From assembly GCF_009914755.1 (NCBI RefSeq), contig NC_060928.1: DNA of 64,000 bases; one strand, given 5' to 3'. This document shows, piece by piece, positions 44,693-59,048 of this stretch (within the stretch, counting starts at the first letter, position 1; every line of letters starts with the position of its first letter). This DNA is from the human T2T-CHM13v2.0 reference genome, Homo sapiens. The position numbers and the translations under genes are program-made. The notes beneath the pieces are model-generated. The model worked only from the letters and a program-made list of their open reading frames with translations, made no database searches and was not told where the DNA came from.

Positions 44693-45276
44693 CTTTTCCC
44701 TATTTTTTAGTTGGATAGTTTATCTTCTAGTTATTGAGTTATAAATATCCCTTATGTAGTCTGGATGCAAATAGTTTACCAGATATAGTACTTGCAAATA
44801 TGTTCTTCCAATTTGTGGCTTGTCTTTTTATTTTTTTAAGACTCTCAGGTTTTGAAATCAGAAAAAAATATAATGGGCTCAATATTATGTGAAAAATTAT
44901 ACTTAATCTCCTAATAATTTTATTCTTTTAAATCTTTAAACACAATACAGACAGAATTTGGAAACTGGAATTACAATTTACTTCCTAGAGGATGAATTAT
45001 AACACAGGAAAAGCCTTTTATTATAATATATTTTGACATGAGATTAGTGGTTTACAGCTAACTGGCTGAGGAAGAAGAGTCCTGATTTGTAGCATTTTCA
45101 ATTTCCATGGTATAAATACTCCCCCAGGGACAATTTTAAGGCACTAATGGTTTAACAACCAACTCAAAAAGTTTCTGAACATTTAGCTCTTGACCCTAGA
45201 GAGCCAGAAAGAACCAGCTCTAGCATACTACTAAAAATCCATGATTGAAGTGGTAGTAAAAGTCTTAAAGATAAAC

Positions 45277-45583
45277 AAAAGAAGAAGGAAGGGAAGGGAT
45301 GGGGGAAGGGGGAAGGGAAAAGGAAAGGGAAGGGAAGGGAAGAGGAAAGGGAAGGGAAGGGAGAAGGAAACAGGAGAGGAGGGGAGGGGACGGGAGAGGA
45401 GAGGGGAGGGAAGAGGGGAGGAGAGGGGAGAGGAGAGGGGAGAGGGGAGGGGAGGGTAGAGGAGAGGAGGGGAGGAGAGGGGAGGAGAGGGGAGGGGAGA
45501 GAAGAGAGGGGAGGGGAGGGGAGGGGAGAGGAGAGGAGAGGAGAGGAGGAAAGAGAGAAGAGAGAAGAGAGAAAAGAAGAGGA
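45277..45583. repeat. GA-rich polypurine tract ((GGGAA)n, (GGAGA/GGGGA)n, (GAGAA)n)
   Basis: 307 nt containing only 4 pyrimidines by my count (45300, 45371, 45391, 45457). Confidence 0.97.
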
Positions 45584-46098
45584 CACCTGCTTTGGAGGAA
45601 TTTGCAGATTACCAAGAAAGATATCACTGATCCTTTACATGAAAATGAAAGGAAAATTAGTTTTTAAAAAACCAAGTCAACAGATTATAAAAACACATAA
45701 ATAAGAAGCTCTACAAAGAATGAAAATGAAAATAAAATCATTCTCTGGAGCAGAAAATGGAAACTATTTTATAACTGTGGTATCACTATCACTAATCCAG
45801 GAAACCCACTGAAGGGACTGTGGTGACTATAAGGAGTTCGTTCCATGTTGTTTGTGTGGTGCTGACCGTTCCCATTCACCTCCGGCAGCTAACACACAAG
45901 TCTGGCCTATCCCCCTTAAACCTAATATTGGTTCAAGAAAGAGCACATGGACCAATCCCTCCAAAGCCCTCCCTGGAGCTTTTTCTGGAAGAAACAAGAG
46001 ATCAGTAGGCATTAAGATTATGTAGGCCTGGAGTTGCAGTCTACTCAAGTGATGACTCACTCTTCCCCCACTATTTAGCAGCCATGGGTTTTGGGAGG

Positions 46099-46465
46099 TG
46101 TATTAGTCCATTTTTATGCTGCTGATAAAGACATACCTGAGACTGGGCAATTTACAAAAAAGACATGTAATGGACATACAGTTCCACATGGCTGGGGAAG
46201 CCTCACAATCATAGCAGAAGGCAAGGAGGAGCAAGTCACGTCTTACATGGATGGCGGCAGGCAAAAAAGAGAGCTTGTGTAAGGAAACTCCCATTTTTAA
46301 AACCATCAGACCTTGTGAGACTCATTCACTACCATGAGAACAGTGCAGGAAAGACCTGCCCCCATAATTCAATCACCTCCCACCGGGTTCCTCCTGTGAC
46401 ATGTGGGAATTGTGGGAGTTGCAATTCAAGATGAGATTTGGGTGGGGACACAGCCAAACATATCA
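46099..46465 (-). mobile_element. THE1 (A/B-like) solo LTR
   Basis: 'tgtattagtccatttttatgctgctgataaagacatacctgagactgggcaatttacaaaa..gggacacagccaaacatatca'. Confidence 0.93.
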
Positions 46466-46888
46466 TAAGGCATTAAAAAACAATTATACTATCTCCTTCT
46501 ACAGTGCAAGTCACTCCCCCTAGCTACAGTGATTGGTCCAGAAGTAAGCTAATCAAGGCAAACCACAAGCCTTTCAATCAACCCTTCAGGAACTACATGT
46601 TCTCTTCCCCAGGAAATGACCCCCTGGCCTAGCCTGAGGATAAACATAACACATGGGGGATGGCAAGGCCCACAGAATCCCAGAGAAAGATTGATGAGGC
46701 CACTCTTGAAGATGGTTCTACATCTTCACTATTTAATTCGCAAACAAATAAATCTCTTTTGTTTAGCCAGTTTAAATTCCATTTTATACTGCAACAAAAG
46801 CATTCTATTGGGTTCAATAATCTTTCTACCCTTGTTTTTTTGGTTGTTGTTAACTCTTCTGTCATTTGACAGTGTCAAAACTTTGTAA

Positions 46889-47240
<352 letters not shown>

Positions 47241-47892
47241 TCACTTGTCTTCTGATCTTTAAAGTCCTCCAGCATATCTGTGGAAGCAAGCATGGAAGGA
47301 CATGGATGAGAACATGCTGCTATCGATCCACAGTCATCTGTCCTTTCTTCATCAACAATCTGTTTTCATGCAGGCCTGCTCGACCCAGTTTTGGAGTGTT
47401 TATCTTTACTCCAACCTTGCCCACCAGCAGAACATTGTATCTGTCAATTACCCCTGATTCCTTATGGAGAACTATGGCACCCTGGGCAAAGAACACCCTG
47501 TCTTAAAGCCCAACCCAGGCTCCTGGGACTTGTCCAGACTGAGGTCTTAGCACATACCTATTAAGAGAAAGAATCAAATAGCTGCAACATGACTTTCTAC
47601 TGATTCTCCTGGCTTTTGTGACCATTCCATTTCAGTTCTTTTCAAAAGCTCTATTGGCAATATCTGCTCCTTAAACATTAGCAATTCCCCAGGTTTAAGT
47701 GCCACATAGTAATTCCAGTTTTAATTAAATCCACAGAAATTGAGTGTTCTGTCCAAAATCAGGCTTGGAATTCAACTTTCTAAAGTCCAGGAGAGGATTC
47801 AGTTAATTTCTACATCTGGCAGAACAATCTTTAATAGCCTTAATTGGATAAACATCTTGGAAAAGTTTATATTTGTTCCTGGGGGTGATGTT

Positions 47893-48034
47893 TTTCTTTT
47901 TCTTTTTTTTTGTAAAGACAGGGTCTTGCTATGTTACTCAGACCAGTCTTGAACTCCTGGGCTCAAGCCATCCTCCCACTTCAGTCTCTCAAAGTTCTAA
48001 GTTTACAGACATGAGCTCCAACCATGCTGAGCCT
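47893..48034 (-). mobile_element. Alu monomer (FLAM-like)
   Basis: Single antisense arm 'gacagggtcttgctatgtt..ctcctgggctcaagccatcctcc'. Confidence 0.85.
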
Positions 48035-48159
48035 GGATGTGATGTTTTTAGGCAGAATATTGACATATAAATACATTCTGAATGAAGAATCCAAAAGGCA
48101 TTATTAGGTGGGGAAAGTAAAGGGACTAAGGATATTCTCTCTTGAGAAGAAAATTCTTA

Positions 48160-48513
<354 letters not shown>

Positions 48514-48611
48514 TCATGCTCCTCATGAGGAGGATTGGGAGCAAGGATCGAAAGCAGCAATCAACTCAATTTGGATTAAATGTATAATAAATAAGATTTT
48601 TCTTCCTTCTT

Positions 48612-48939
<328 letters not shown>

Positions 48940-49159
48940 TGAGATTTTTCAATAATTTGAATTGTTCCCAAATATAACAGATTGATTTGTGAGGTGGTGA
49001 ACTCACGTCTGTAAAAAATGTCAAGCAGCATTTAGATGCCAACCTATCAGGGATGCTAGAGATACACACTTCCAACTGGAAGTGGCTTTTAAGATCCCAG
49101 ATATTTTTTAAATTCTAGAATGTGTCTCAAATGAAATGCAATTTGTAAAATCCTAACTG

Positions 49160-49345
49160 GCGCTTCTCAAACTTTAGTGTGCATAAAATCACCTAGAAAA
49201 CTGGTTAAAACACACATTCAGGGCCCCACCCCTCAGATATTCTGATTCATTAAGTCTGAGGTGAGCCCCAAAATTTGCTTTTCTAATAAGCTCGCAAATG
49301 ATGCTGATTCTGTTGGTCCAGGAACTATGCTTTGAATAGCCCTGC
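49160..49345. mobile_element. MER5A-like DNA transposon
   Basis: 'cttctcaaactttagtgtgcataaaatcaccta..tctgattcattaagtctgaggtgagcccc..gatgctgattctgttggtcca..tttgaatagc'. Confidence 0.85.
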
Positions 49346-50056
49346 AAATCGTAATTTTTTATTCGATATTTGTAAAGAGATGAAAGAAAATTAAAAGGCT
49401 TGGCAAGCAAAAAGAAATGAAAAGTAATGTGTACTCGGTGTTCATATAGGAAATAAAACAGTGTAATGACTACTTCGAAGGAAAAAAATTCTTCCAAAAC
49501 GTAGGCCACATCTACCCAACAGTATGCAAACATTTGGAGAGGAAATTAATTGGTACATATGGCTGTAGGTGTTCATTTCTAACTAAACTAAACAGTCCAT
49601 CAAAGCCTTTCTTTCAGACATTTAATTAAGTAATTCTGAGGAGATTATGTCATTTAAATATTTCTTGTCTGGGGGTCAGGGACCCACTTAGGTTCAGGTA
49701 TCTCTTCTGCTCATCTCTAAATCCTTGTTTAGCAACTCCACCCAGACCATTAACAAAATCCAGGGTAAGCTTGTCAGTTAGGAGTAAAGGAGAGCTGTTT
49801 GGGACAAATAGTATAATTCAGTTTGTAAATGTCTTTACCCTTGAAGTGGAGATCTGGGCAATCATCTTAAAACGATAAGCTCCCTAATGGCAAGTTCAAA
49901 GGAAATCTTTATCCATCCCTCAAGGCTCATCTTAAATTGCACTCCCTCATTAATTCTTTCCTGATTCCATCAACAGACTGTAAGCACCAAATCCTTATCT
50001 CACTGGCAGATCTCTTAAGATATAACCTACTAATTCCGAACTGTAATGTTATTTGT

Positions 50057-50870
50057 TGTATTAGTGTGGATCCAATCACACAGTGGGTTACATAGAAGAA
50101 GTATAATATAAAGAATTATTAAACTCTGATAAATGAATATACAGAAAAAAGGACAGTAAAGGAAAACTATAAGGAACCCTAGGGCTGAATAAGAGTATCA
50201 AGGAAGAACAAAGTTGTAAGGGGGCCCCCTCCCCAGACCTGGGGTTCAGACCTCATTGGAGAAGGTATAGTTTAGCCTGATAACTGAAACAGAAAAGTTC
50301 ACTGGTTTGCATTAGCCCGAGCTGGTCTGGGGTCACTAGGAGAGCAGGAAGCATCCCTCCAGAGTGCAGCCAGAGCTCAGCAGATCAGAAGCCAGATGCA
50401 TGGTTATACACAGGTGGTGGGAATCCAGGGAGCAGGCAAGCCACAGAGCCCAAATAAAGAGTAATGTCTCAGGGGAAAACTCTCAGGCTGTTGACAATCC
50501 ACATGCAGGCTTGCACAGGGAATTGGGGCATTCATGTGTTCAGGAAGACTTTGGGACACCAGTTTCCATGCCAAGGGGTCCATGGGAAGCTTATTGCCAG
50601 GATAGGCTGAAACTACAAGGTTACCTAGTGACTGCATATTCTAGGAATGTGGCCAAAACAGAGTTCCACCAAATGTCTTCAAACCCACTCCACCAACTTG
50701 CCATGAGCAGCCAGAAACAGCAGGAGACATCTTTCCAACAGCCTCTACTAAGAAAACTTAGCATTATGCTCACTGTAAGGAGGAGACACTTAAAAGAATT
50801 CTGCCTATTATCAAAGGGCATATATTGTGGAGTGAATCTGGAGCTGAGAGGCAATAAACTGATGGTTGAC
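50057..50870 (-). mobile_element. Probable old ERVL-class solo LTR (LTR41-like, tentative)
   Basis: TG...CA-bounded block 'tgtattag..ggagctgagaggcaataaactgatggttgaca'. Confidence 0.45.
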
Positions 50871-50999
50871 ATGTATGTGTTATTACAAGATTGTTGATTC
50901 TTTTAGGATTAAAGACTGGATTTCATCTCTGTAGTCTCCGTGGTACCTAGGTCGTCTTATAACAAACTATTCCTCAGTAAATATTGAGAACTCCTGGCT

Positions 51000-52820
51000 T
51001 TTTTTTTTTCAGAAACTGATAAGCTGATCCTAAAATTTATATGGAAATGTAATGGACCCAACATAGCCAAAGCAACATTTGAAAAAACAAAGTTTGAGGA
51101 CTTGCATTTTCTGACATCAAAACTTACTACAAAGCTACATTAATCAAGACAATATGGGACTGGCATAAGGGTAGAAATATAGATAAGTAGAAAAGAACGG
51201 AGATCCCAGGAATAAATCATTAAATTTATGGTTAATTGATTTTTTAACATAGGTGCCAAGACAGTTCAATGGAGGAGGAATATATTTTCAACAAATAATG
51301 CCAGAACAACTCTCTACCCATATGCAAAAGAATGAATTTGAACCCCTATATCATACCATACACAAAAATTCAGGCTAAATGGATCATATATCTAAATGGA
51401 AGAGTGAAAACTATAAAACTCTTAGAAGAAGAGATTGGAGTAAATCTTTATGACTTTACATTAGGCAGTGGTACCTTAGCTATAACATCAAAATTCAAAA
51501 TCTTTGTGCCTTAAAGGACATCATCAAGAATATAAAATGACAGCCCACAAATGAGAGAAAATATTTATATATCTGATAAGGGATTTATATCCAGTGCTTC
51601 TACAAATCAATAGTTTAAAAATAAAATTACCCAATTTTTAAAATAAGCAAAGGATTTGAATTGATATTCTCCAAAGAAGATATATAAATTATCAATAAGC
51701 ACATAAAAAGAGGCTCCAAATCGTTAGTCATTAGGGAAATGTATGTCAAAACCTCAGTGACTTACCACTTCATACCTATAGGATGGCTATAATAATAAAA
51801 AAAAAACACTAACAATTTTTAAAGGAAAATATGGAAAAGTTGGAACCCTCATGCATTGCTGGTGGGAATGTAAAATAGTAAAGTCACTTTGCAAAACAGC
51901 CTCGTAGTTTCTCAAAATGTTGACCATAGCATTACCATATGACCCACCAACTCTACCCTTAGGCAGATACACCAAGAGAATCAGAAAGCTTATGTTGACA
52001 TAAAAATTTATACGTGACTATTTATAGCAGTATTAGTCACAATAGGCAAAAAGTGAAAACCACTCAAATGTCCATTAACTGATGAATGGCCAAACAAACT
52101 GTTGTGTATCCATATACTGGAATACTTTTTTATATGACCATTAAAATAAATTAAGTACAGATACATAGTACGACATGGATAAATCTTGAAAACATTATTG
52201 TAAGTGAAAAAAGCCACACACAAAAGGCTACATATTGTATAATTCCATCTATATCAAATGTTCAAAATAGGCAAATCCATAAAAACAGAGCAGAATAGTG
52301 GTTGCCAGGGACTGGGGAAAAGGGGGAAAATGGTGAATGACTCCCGGTGGATATGGGGTTTTGAGAGAGAGAGATAAAAATATTCTGGAAATAGAAGTAG
52401 CCAAGCATGGGGGCTCACACCTGTAATCCCAACACTTTGGGAGGGTGAGGCAGGTGCATCACTTGAGTACAGGAGTTCGAGACCAGCTTGTGCTACATGG
52501 CAAAACCCCCATCTCTACAAAAAGTCAAAAAATTAGCTGGGCATGGTGTCATGCACCTATAGTCCTAGCTACCAAGAAGGCTGAGATGGAAGGATCATTT
52601 GAGCCCAGGAGGTTGAGGCTGCAGCAAGATGTGATCACACCACTGTACTACGCCTGGACAACAAAGTGAGACCTTGTCTCAAAAAAAAAAAAAAGAGGTA
52701 ATGAATGATATCTGAACAATATAGTGCACATACTAAAAATTATTGAACTGTGCACTCTACAAGGGCATTTTACAGTATGTACTCAGTTCTGAATTATATC
52801 TGAACTAAACTGTTAGTTAA
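51000..52820 (+). mobile_element. Old L1M (L1MB/MD-like) ORF2 3' end plus 3'UTR, interrupted by an Alu
   Basis: Degenerate ORF2 frame (LNPYIIPYTKI..WI..VKTIKLLEE) and L1M 3'UTR motifs. Confidence 0.9.
52400..52694 (+). mobile_element. AluJ-like nested in L1M
   Basis: Diverged dimer with A tail. Confidence 0.93.
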
Positions 52821-53936
52821 AACATTGAGAACTAAGATTTTGATATTTGCTTCCATTTTCTTCTTCCCTTCCCAAGTATGTAGTCACATCCAGAGAACCT
52901 GTATAGAAAAGAATAAAACCTTCTTTTCTTGGAACAATTAGAACAAATAGAAAATTGGAATGTAATAATCATTGATGTCAAGTTTCATATATCCTTATAA
53001 AAATACCTAATTATAATTTTTGGTTGTCATGAATTTTGAAAACTCATTAAAATAAGTGACACAGATGCTACGGCACTAAATAACCAATGGAGTAGAAGAC
53101 TTGACCAAGCCACCTCGTCTCTCCCTGGGCTTCCAAGTCCTCAACTATGAAATAGGAAAGTTAGGAGAGATGACCTTCAGTATCTGTATGCTTCTATTAT
53201 TTGTTCTAGAAAATTAGCTTTAAAATCAAAATTTCAAAGACCTTCAATGTTTACAAATTAAATACATAGTAATAAGAATTATTTTCTGCCAGAGACAGTT
53301 CTTATTAACTGTGGGTGCAACTGTATATTCTGCTTTTCTTTTTCTCTTGATAGAGCTCATGTCTTTTTATCACTAGGTTAAAATATATAATTCTGTGTGT
53401 GTAGAAAATATCATTATATTTGAATTTTTACATGTTCTTTGAAGGAATTCTTTACCCACTTAACAATTTAGGCCTTCTAATTCTATACATACTTGTACAT
53501 ACTTTGATTACAGAGATTTCATTTTTCTCCACGTAAAGTTAAAATACAGGCAGCTAAAAAAAGCCTGTGCTATTTCTGCCAGCCCTCTCCTGGGACTCTG
53601 CTCCCTAGTTAGGCAGTTATTTAAAATTGAGCGATTATACTGTCTTTTTCTGATAGTTACAATTTTTAAAACTTAACTTTTCTTTAAAAAAAAAAACAGA
53701 GAATAAAGCAAACTGCATTCAACTGGTCAGTGTGCTCCCTGGAAACCCAGCAGATACTTTTCTGTCTATATTTGGATTTAAGTGTATATTTAGACTCTTT
53801 ATCCCAGAGAGCTCAGTGATTTGCACTCTGAAAGCATGTGCTCTTCTGTTAGTCATTTTAAGAAACTTTTTTTTTGCCTTCCCACTTTAAAAAAAAAAGG
53901 ATGAAGGGCAAAGAAAAAAAGGAAACAAAAAGAAAA

Positions 53937-53996
53937 GAAAGAAAGAATTTGATTAAAGCAGAAAGAAAGAATTTGATTAAAGCAGGAAGAAAGAAT
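53937..53996. repeat. 24-bp tandem repeat, 2.5 copies
   Basis: gaaagaaagaatttgattaaagca twice, perfect (53937-53984), plus a partial copy. Confidence 0.9.
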
Positions 53997-56900
53997 AACA
54001 AGAAAAAACCATGGCAAATCAAGTTCCTCAAGTCTGTTCTATCCATTCATCTGCTCTCTACAAGAGGAGATCCTGTTGTTCATGGCCTGTTCACCAAAGC
54101 CCACCCTGCTTCTCCTCTGTGTACCCACGGCATGTTACTTAATGCTTACTTTTATTCTGCTGTGCATTATATTAGTTACTTAAATGTCTGTGTCCCTGAC
54201 TAGAACTGGATTTCCTTGAGTACTGAGTCAGACTGCCACTGAGTCACACTGAATACAAATCTAGTCATTTCTCGAATTAAAACTCTCTATAGTCTCCTAA
54301 AATGCGGAGGGATGTATACTCCTTGAACAGTCCCTTGTACAATGATTTCATAAAGTAGGATCTCAATACAATGTGTTGAATTAAATTTGCTTGTGAGATC
54401 ATTCAGTGTAAACCATATGAAATGTTCATTTCCTCAGGTCAAAAACTGGCAAGAATTCTATTACTCTGGCATAAAGGAATTTCAGACACCCGCTGTTTGG
54501 TGTTGCCTTCCCCCTTCCTTGTAAATGAGCTCTCTTATCATGCACCTCACATTCAAGGGATTTTGTCAACATTTCATATGGCTCATTGTAATAATTTTCA
54601 CTGAAGAGTTTTAAATTTATAGAGGTATATTAATTGTAAAAGGACTATTTGAAATTAATTTCTTTCTGTCTCTTACAGATTTGATAATAAGGAGCACAAC
54701 AGGGGCCAGGAATTTGTTTATAGAACATAAAGGGAGCAATAGTTTTTAGTCTTTTAGGGTGAATCTGACAGAAAACATGGACACACTTCCCAGAAAAATG
54801 CTCACATGTACACTCTCACCATTTTGCATATGATTCCAGCAGATTAGTAGATCCTTTCATCTCCTCCAATCAATTAATAACTTCTCTTGTAGAAGACTAT
54901 ATTCAGAAGATGAAAGAAGTGTTGAGCAATGGTTCAGTAATTCCAGCTGAACTTCAGTTTTAGAACAAGAAAAAAAGTAGTCTCTTTTCGAATCGACCCA
55001 GTCCACAATTCACCAGATGGTTGCCTCTCTTTGCCTATATAAACACAGTTAAACAGGAAATGCACATAATATATTACCCAAATTGAGACACTATTGAGGG
55101 TGAAAGAGGTACTGACAATAATTACAGCAAGACAACAAAACTATGATCCATATAACTATGATCTATATATATCATTAAATATTTGGAGAGTTTATTTTTT
55201 AAATGTATCAGATCCCTATTGTCTAGATGACTGTCCCATTTTTCTGCTTTCCTTAAGGGGCTAATACCCATTATCATAATTAGCCCATAAAAAGCAATGA
55301 TCAAATTCATGGCTTTTTCTTCCTTTTGTACTTCAACTTGGAGTAAGTCAGTTAAACTTTACAGGGCTCAGCCTCCTACCAATAAATGCACAGGTGGAAT
55401 ACATGTGCTCTTAAGGTTTTTTTCAAGCTCCACCGTCCTATACATTCAATTTGAAAATGAAGATTTTTTATCAGAAATCTGCTAGGTAAAAAGGTTTCTA
55501 GGCCACCTACTTAGAAAAAAAGACCTTCAAAATCACAGTGTTTTTGTAAAAAGCAAATAAACTTAATTGATTAAAAGTCCCTAATAGTTTATAATCAAGC
55601 TTATAATCTACAATATAGTCTGTAACTTTGAAGTGTAAATGTAACTATGTTAATTAATCAGATTATGTATTTTTTCATGTAATTACCACAATAAGGTAGA
55701 TACCTTAGTCTCATTCTACAGACAAGAAAAACAAACTTAGAAACTTGACTGAGGTTACACTGATGATAAATGACAAAATCAAAGTTAAAAGCCCATCTGA
55801 CTGCACAGCTTGGACACTTCACTGCTGAACTTAAAGCTCATGAATTTACCAAGTACCACCCCTGCTTTAAACTTAGCTATCAGTCTACTATAGCCCCAAC
55901 ATATTCAAAAATACCATATTTCCTAGACATTATAAAAGCTATCTCTTACACAATCACTTAATTGCCTATCACAGTAAGTGATAATGGTCACACTCTGGGT
56001 TTAAATAGAGCAGAAAAGTGTATTCAATATTTGTTAGTACATATTAAAAATACCAAGTCGGCTGAGACCAATTATCTAAGGAACAGTTCATAATGAACCA
56101 CCCTCAAATATGAAACAGCTCTAATTGTGAGAGCTATGACTCCATCTGAAATAATTTTTTAAATGACAACCCCAAAACTATACTCTGCATTTTTACATGT
56201 GATACATAAAAACCAGCTGCTATCAAGACTTTTTAAATCTTAAAATATAATTTTTAATATGTATATATAAAACATGTATATGTAAAACTGTCAATTGCTC
56301 TCAGCATTGAGAAGATACATTAGCACAACATATGGCTACCACTACTGCTACTTTAAAAGACACTACCTTATGTTATATAAATACTACCTTGGAGACAGTC
56401 ATAGGCCTTTATGGATTTTTAAACCTAACTAATGTTAGGTTTAAATGTTTTAACCTTGAAACCTAATATTTTAAGTTAGCACACAAGATTATAATGCAGA
56501 TTTTCCTTGAGATATATGGAAAAGTTAAGCAAAACTTGGAAAAGGATATTTCATTAAATAACCAAAGTGAACCACTTCACCAACTTAAATAATAATTACT
56601 GAAGACTGTGCCATTCTATATGTTCAGGACTACGCAGCGACAGGTTAACAAACAATCCTAGGGTTTCTACCTGAAATTGCCCTCCTGTCCTTACATGAAG
56701 CAGCTAATTTTCTGGGACAAGGCAGAATGAAGATGTTCTTTCAGAATATAAATCCTTGAAGACCATAAAGATGTTCCATTAACTTATTTTGACATTTTCT
56801 CAACTCCAAAACATGTATTCTTTTTGTAAATGCTGTATCGTTTCAATTAAATTTTAAGCACCTGTGAGCAAGGAGAATCTAAACAAATATGCTTTGCTAG

Positions 56901-58069
56901 CTAGCAAAAAAAAGCAAAAATAATAATAGTGGAAGATGGAAATGTTAAATTCGTCAATATTTTTGGTGATCTGAAAACTATACACCTTAGGAAATTATCT
57001 AGAAAATAACATGTATTTTGTCGCTTTCATCTAGAATGTAACTTCACATCACATAAATCATAATACTAATGAAAATTATAACAAATTCATTTTCCTCCCC
57101 CACAATAAAAGTAGTATAAACTTCCACTGAGAGATCATTGGATTTAAATCAAATTGCATAATCAAAATTAAAAACAATAAACACTTGCACAAAAATGTGT
57201 CTCATGGAAAACCGAAACTGGAGATAAATTGTCTTGTAAAATGCATTAAAATACAAGTCCAAAACCACAGGCAATCTTTAACACAAGCCTGAAATCCTAT
57301 TAAATCAAAGGCAAAACTTGAAGGTCATTTTAGCACCACCATTCAAAAACTTACACCGGCTGGGTACAGGAAAAACAGAGGGAGGTTTCTTCAAAACCAC
57401 CTACACAGTGGCTGTTTTCCTGCTCCCAGGTCTGTCAGTGGAGACCAGCTTCCTGCTCAAGCACAAGGAGCACACGGTGCATATGGAAAACCGTGGAGTC
57501 AGCCAAATTCCCACCCACACCAGCTCCTCTCCTCAGCCGGGCCCTTACAAGCCACAGAAACTGATCAACTCAATGTGATGGAAAGAAGAAACCCAGGACA
57601 CATTTCTTTTGTAAATGGAAATATTTAGGTACATTGCAGAGACTCAGACAACCCACAGAGGGGTTGAATGAAGTATCATGAGTTTTAGAAAGCAAAGACT
57701 GAAAAGGTACATTTCATTACAAAAGCGACTTGAGGAATAAAGCAATAGAGCTCCCTTAACTATAAATGGAGAAAGGAGCAAAAGATATTGAGAAGTGGTC
57801 ACACCAAGGAAACTAATATAAGAAATAAAATCCATTTCAGAGGAGCTAGGAAAGGAAGAAAAATAAATAATTGAGTGATATAAAAAAAACTGGCTCTCCA
57901 AAACCATTAGTAAATGAATTACTATAGAATGCAGAGTTTTCTGGAGAGCTGGGAGTTTATCCTTTAACTCATATTTAAAACACATTTAAAACAAATTTAA
58001 CCAAATTTAATCTAATGCAGATCTTTCTAAAATCAATTACACATCATTGCTTTGACTTCTTAAATGTGA

Positions 58070-58341
<272 letters not shown>

Positions 58342-58684
58342 ATGAGCCACTGTGCCCAGCCAAATGTGATTATTCTTAAAGGGTCATGAAAGGAAGCACT
58401 GTGCAATGATTTACAAACTCTGGCCTGAGCACAGGTGCTTGGCTGACCCATAAGAATCACCTGGGAAACTTCATAAAAATACAAAGAACAGGAATGAAGC
58501 CCAGAAATCTGTGCTTTTTAAAACCTTCCCTGGTAATTCTGACTCATGGCTAGTTTCAGGAATGGGGAGTATAAGGGGAAGAACACTTGTCTGACTGTTA
58601 GTATTTAGGCAGTGTTACTTCGATAGCTATGAATGCATTCGACACACATTTATTGAGCACCTAATATATCCTAATGTTGAGCAC

Positions 58685-59048
58685 TGTCTTAGTTCATTCA
58701 GGCTGCTATAACGAATACAATAGACTAGATGGCTTATAGACAACAGGCATTTATTTCTCATAGTTCTGGAGGCTGGGAAGTCTAAGATCAAGGGACTGGC
58801 ACATTCAGTGTCTGGTTGGGCCTGCTTCTTGGTTCATAGGCAGTCATCTTCTCATTGTGTCCTCATGGGGTGGAAGGGGCAAAGGAGTTCTCTGGTCTCT
58901 CTTTTATAAGGTCACAGATCCCACTTATGAGAACTCTGCACCCATGAACTAATCACCTCCCAAAGTCCCCACCTCCAAATATCATCACACTGGGGATTAG
59001 GTGTCAACATTTGAATTTTGGGAGTACACGAACATTCAGTCTATAGCA
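58685..59048 (-). mobile_element. MLT1A-like solo LTR inserted in an antisense L2 (~58630-59750)
   Basis: 'tgtcttagttcattcaggctgctataac..acattcagtctatagca'; perfect TSD agcac. Confidence 0.9.

Noticed and set aside
45164-45667. Pro/Ser/Leu-rich and Gly/Arg/Glu-rich ORFs
   Set aside because: Translations of the stop-free GA tract
50364-50897. 177-aa ORF
   Set aside because: GTG start, no recognisable domain, inside a probable LTR
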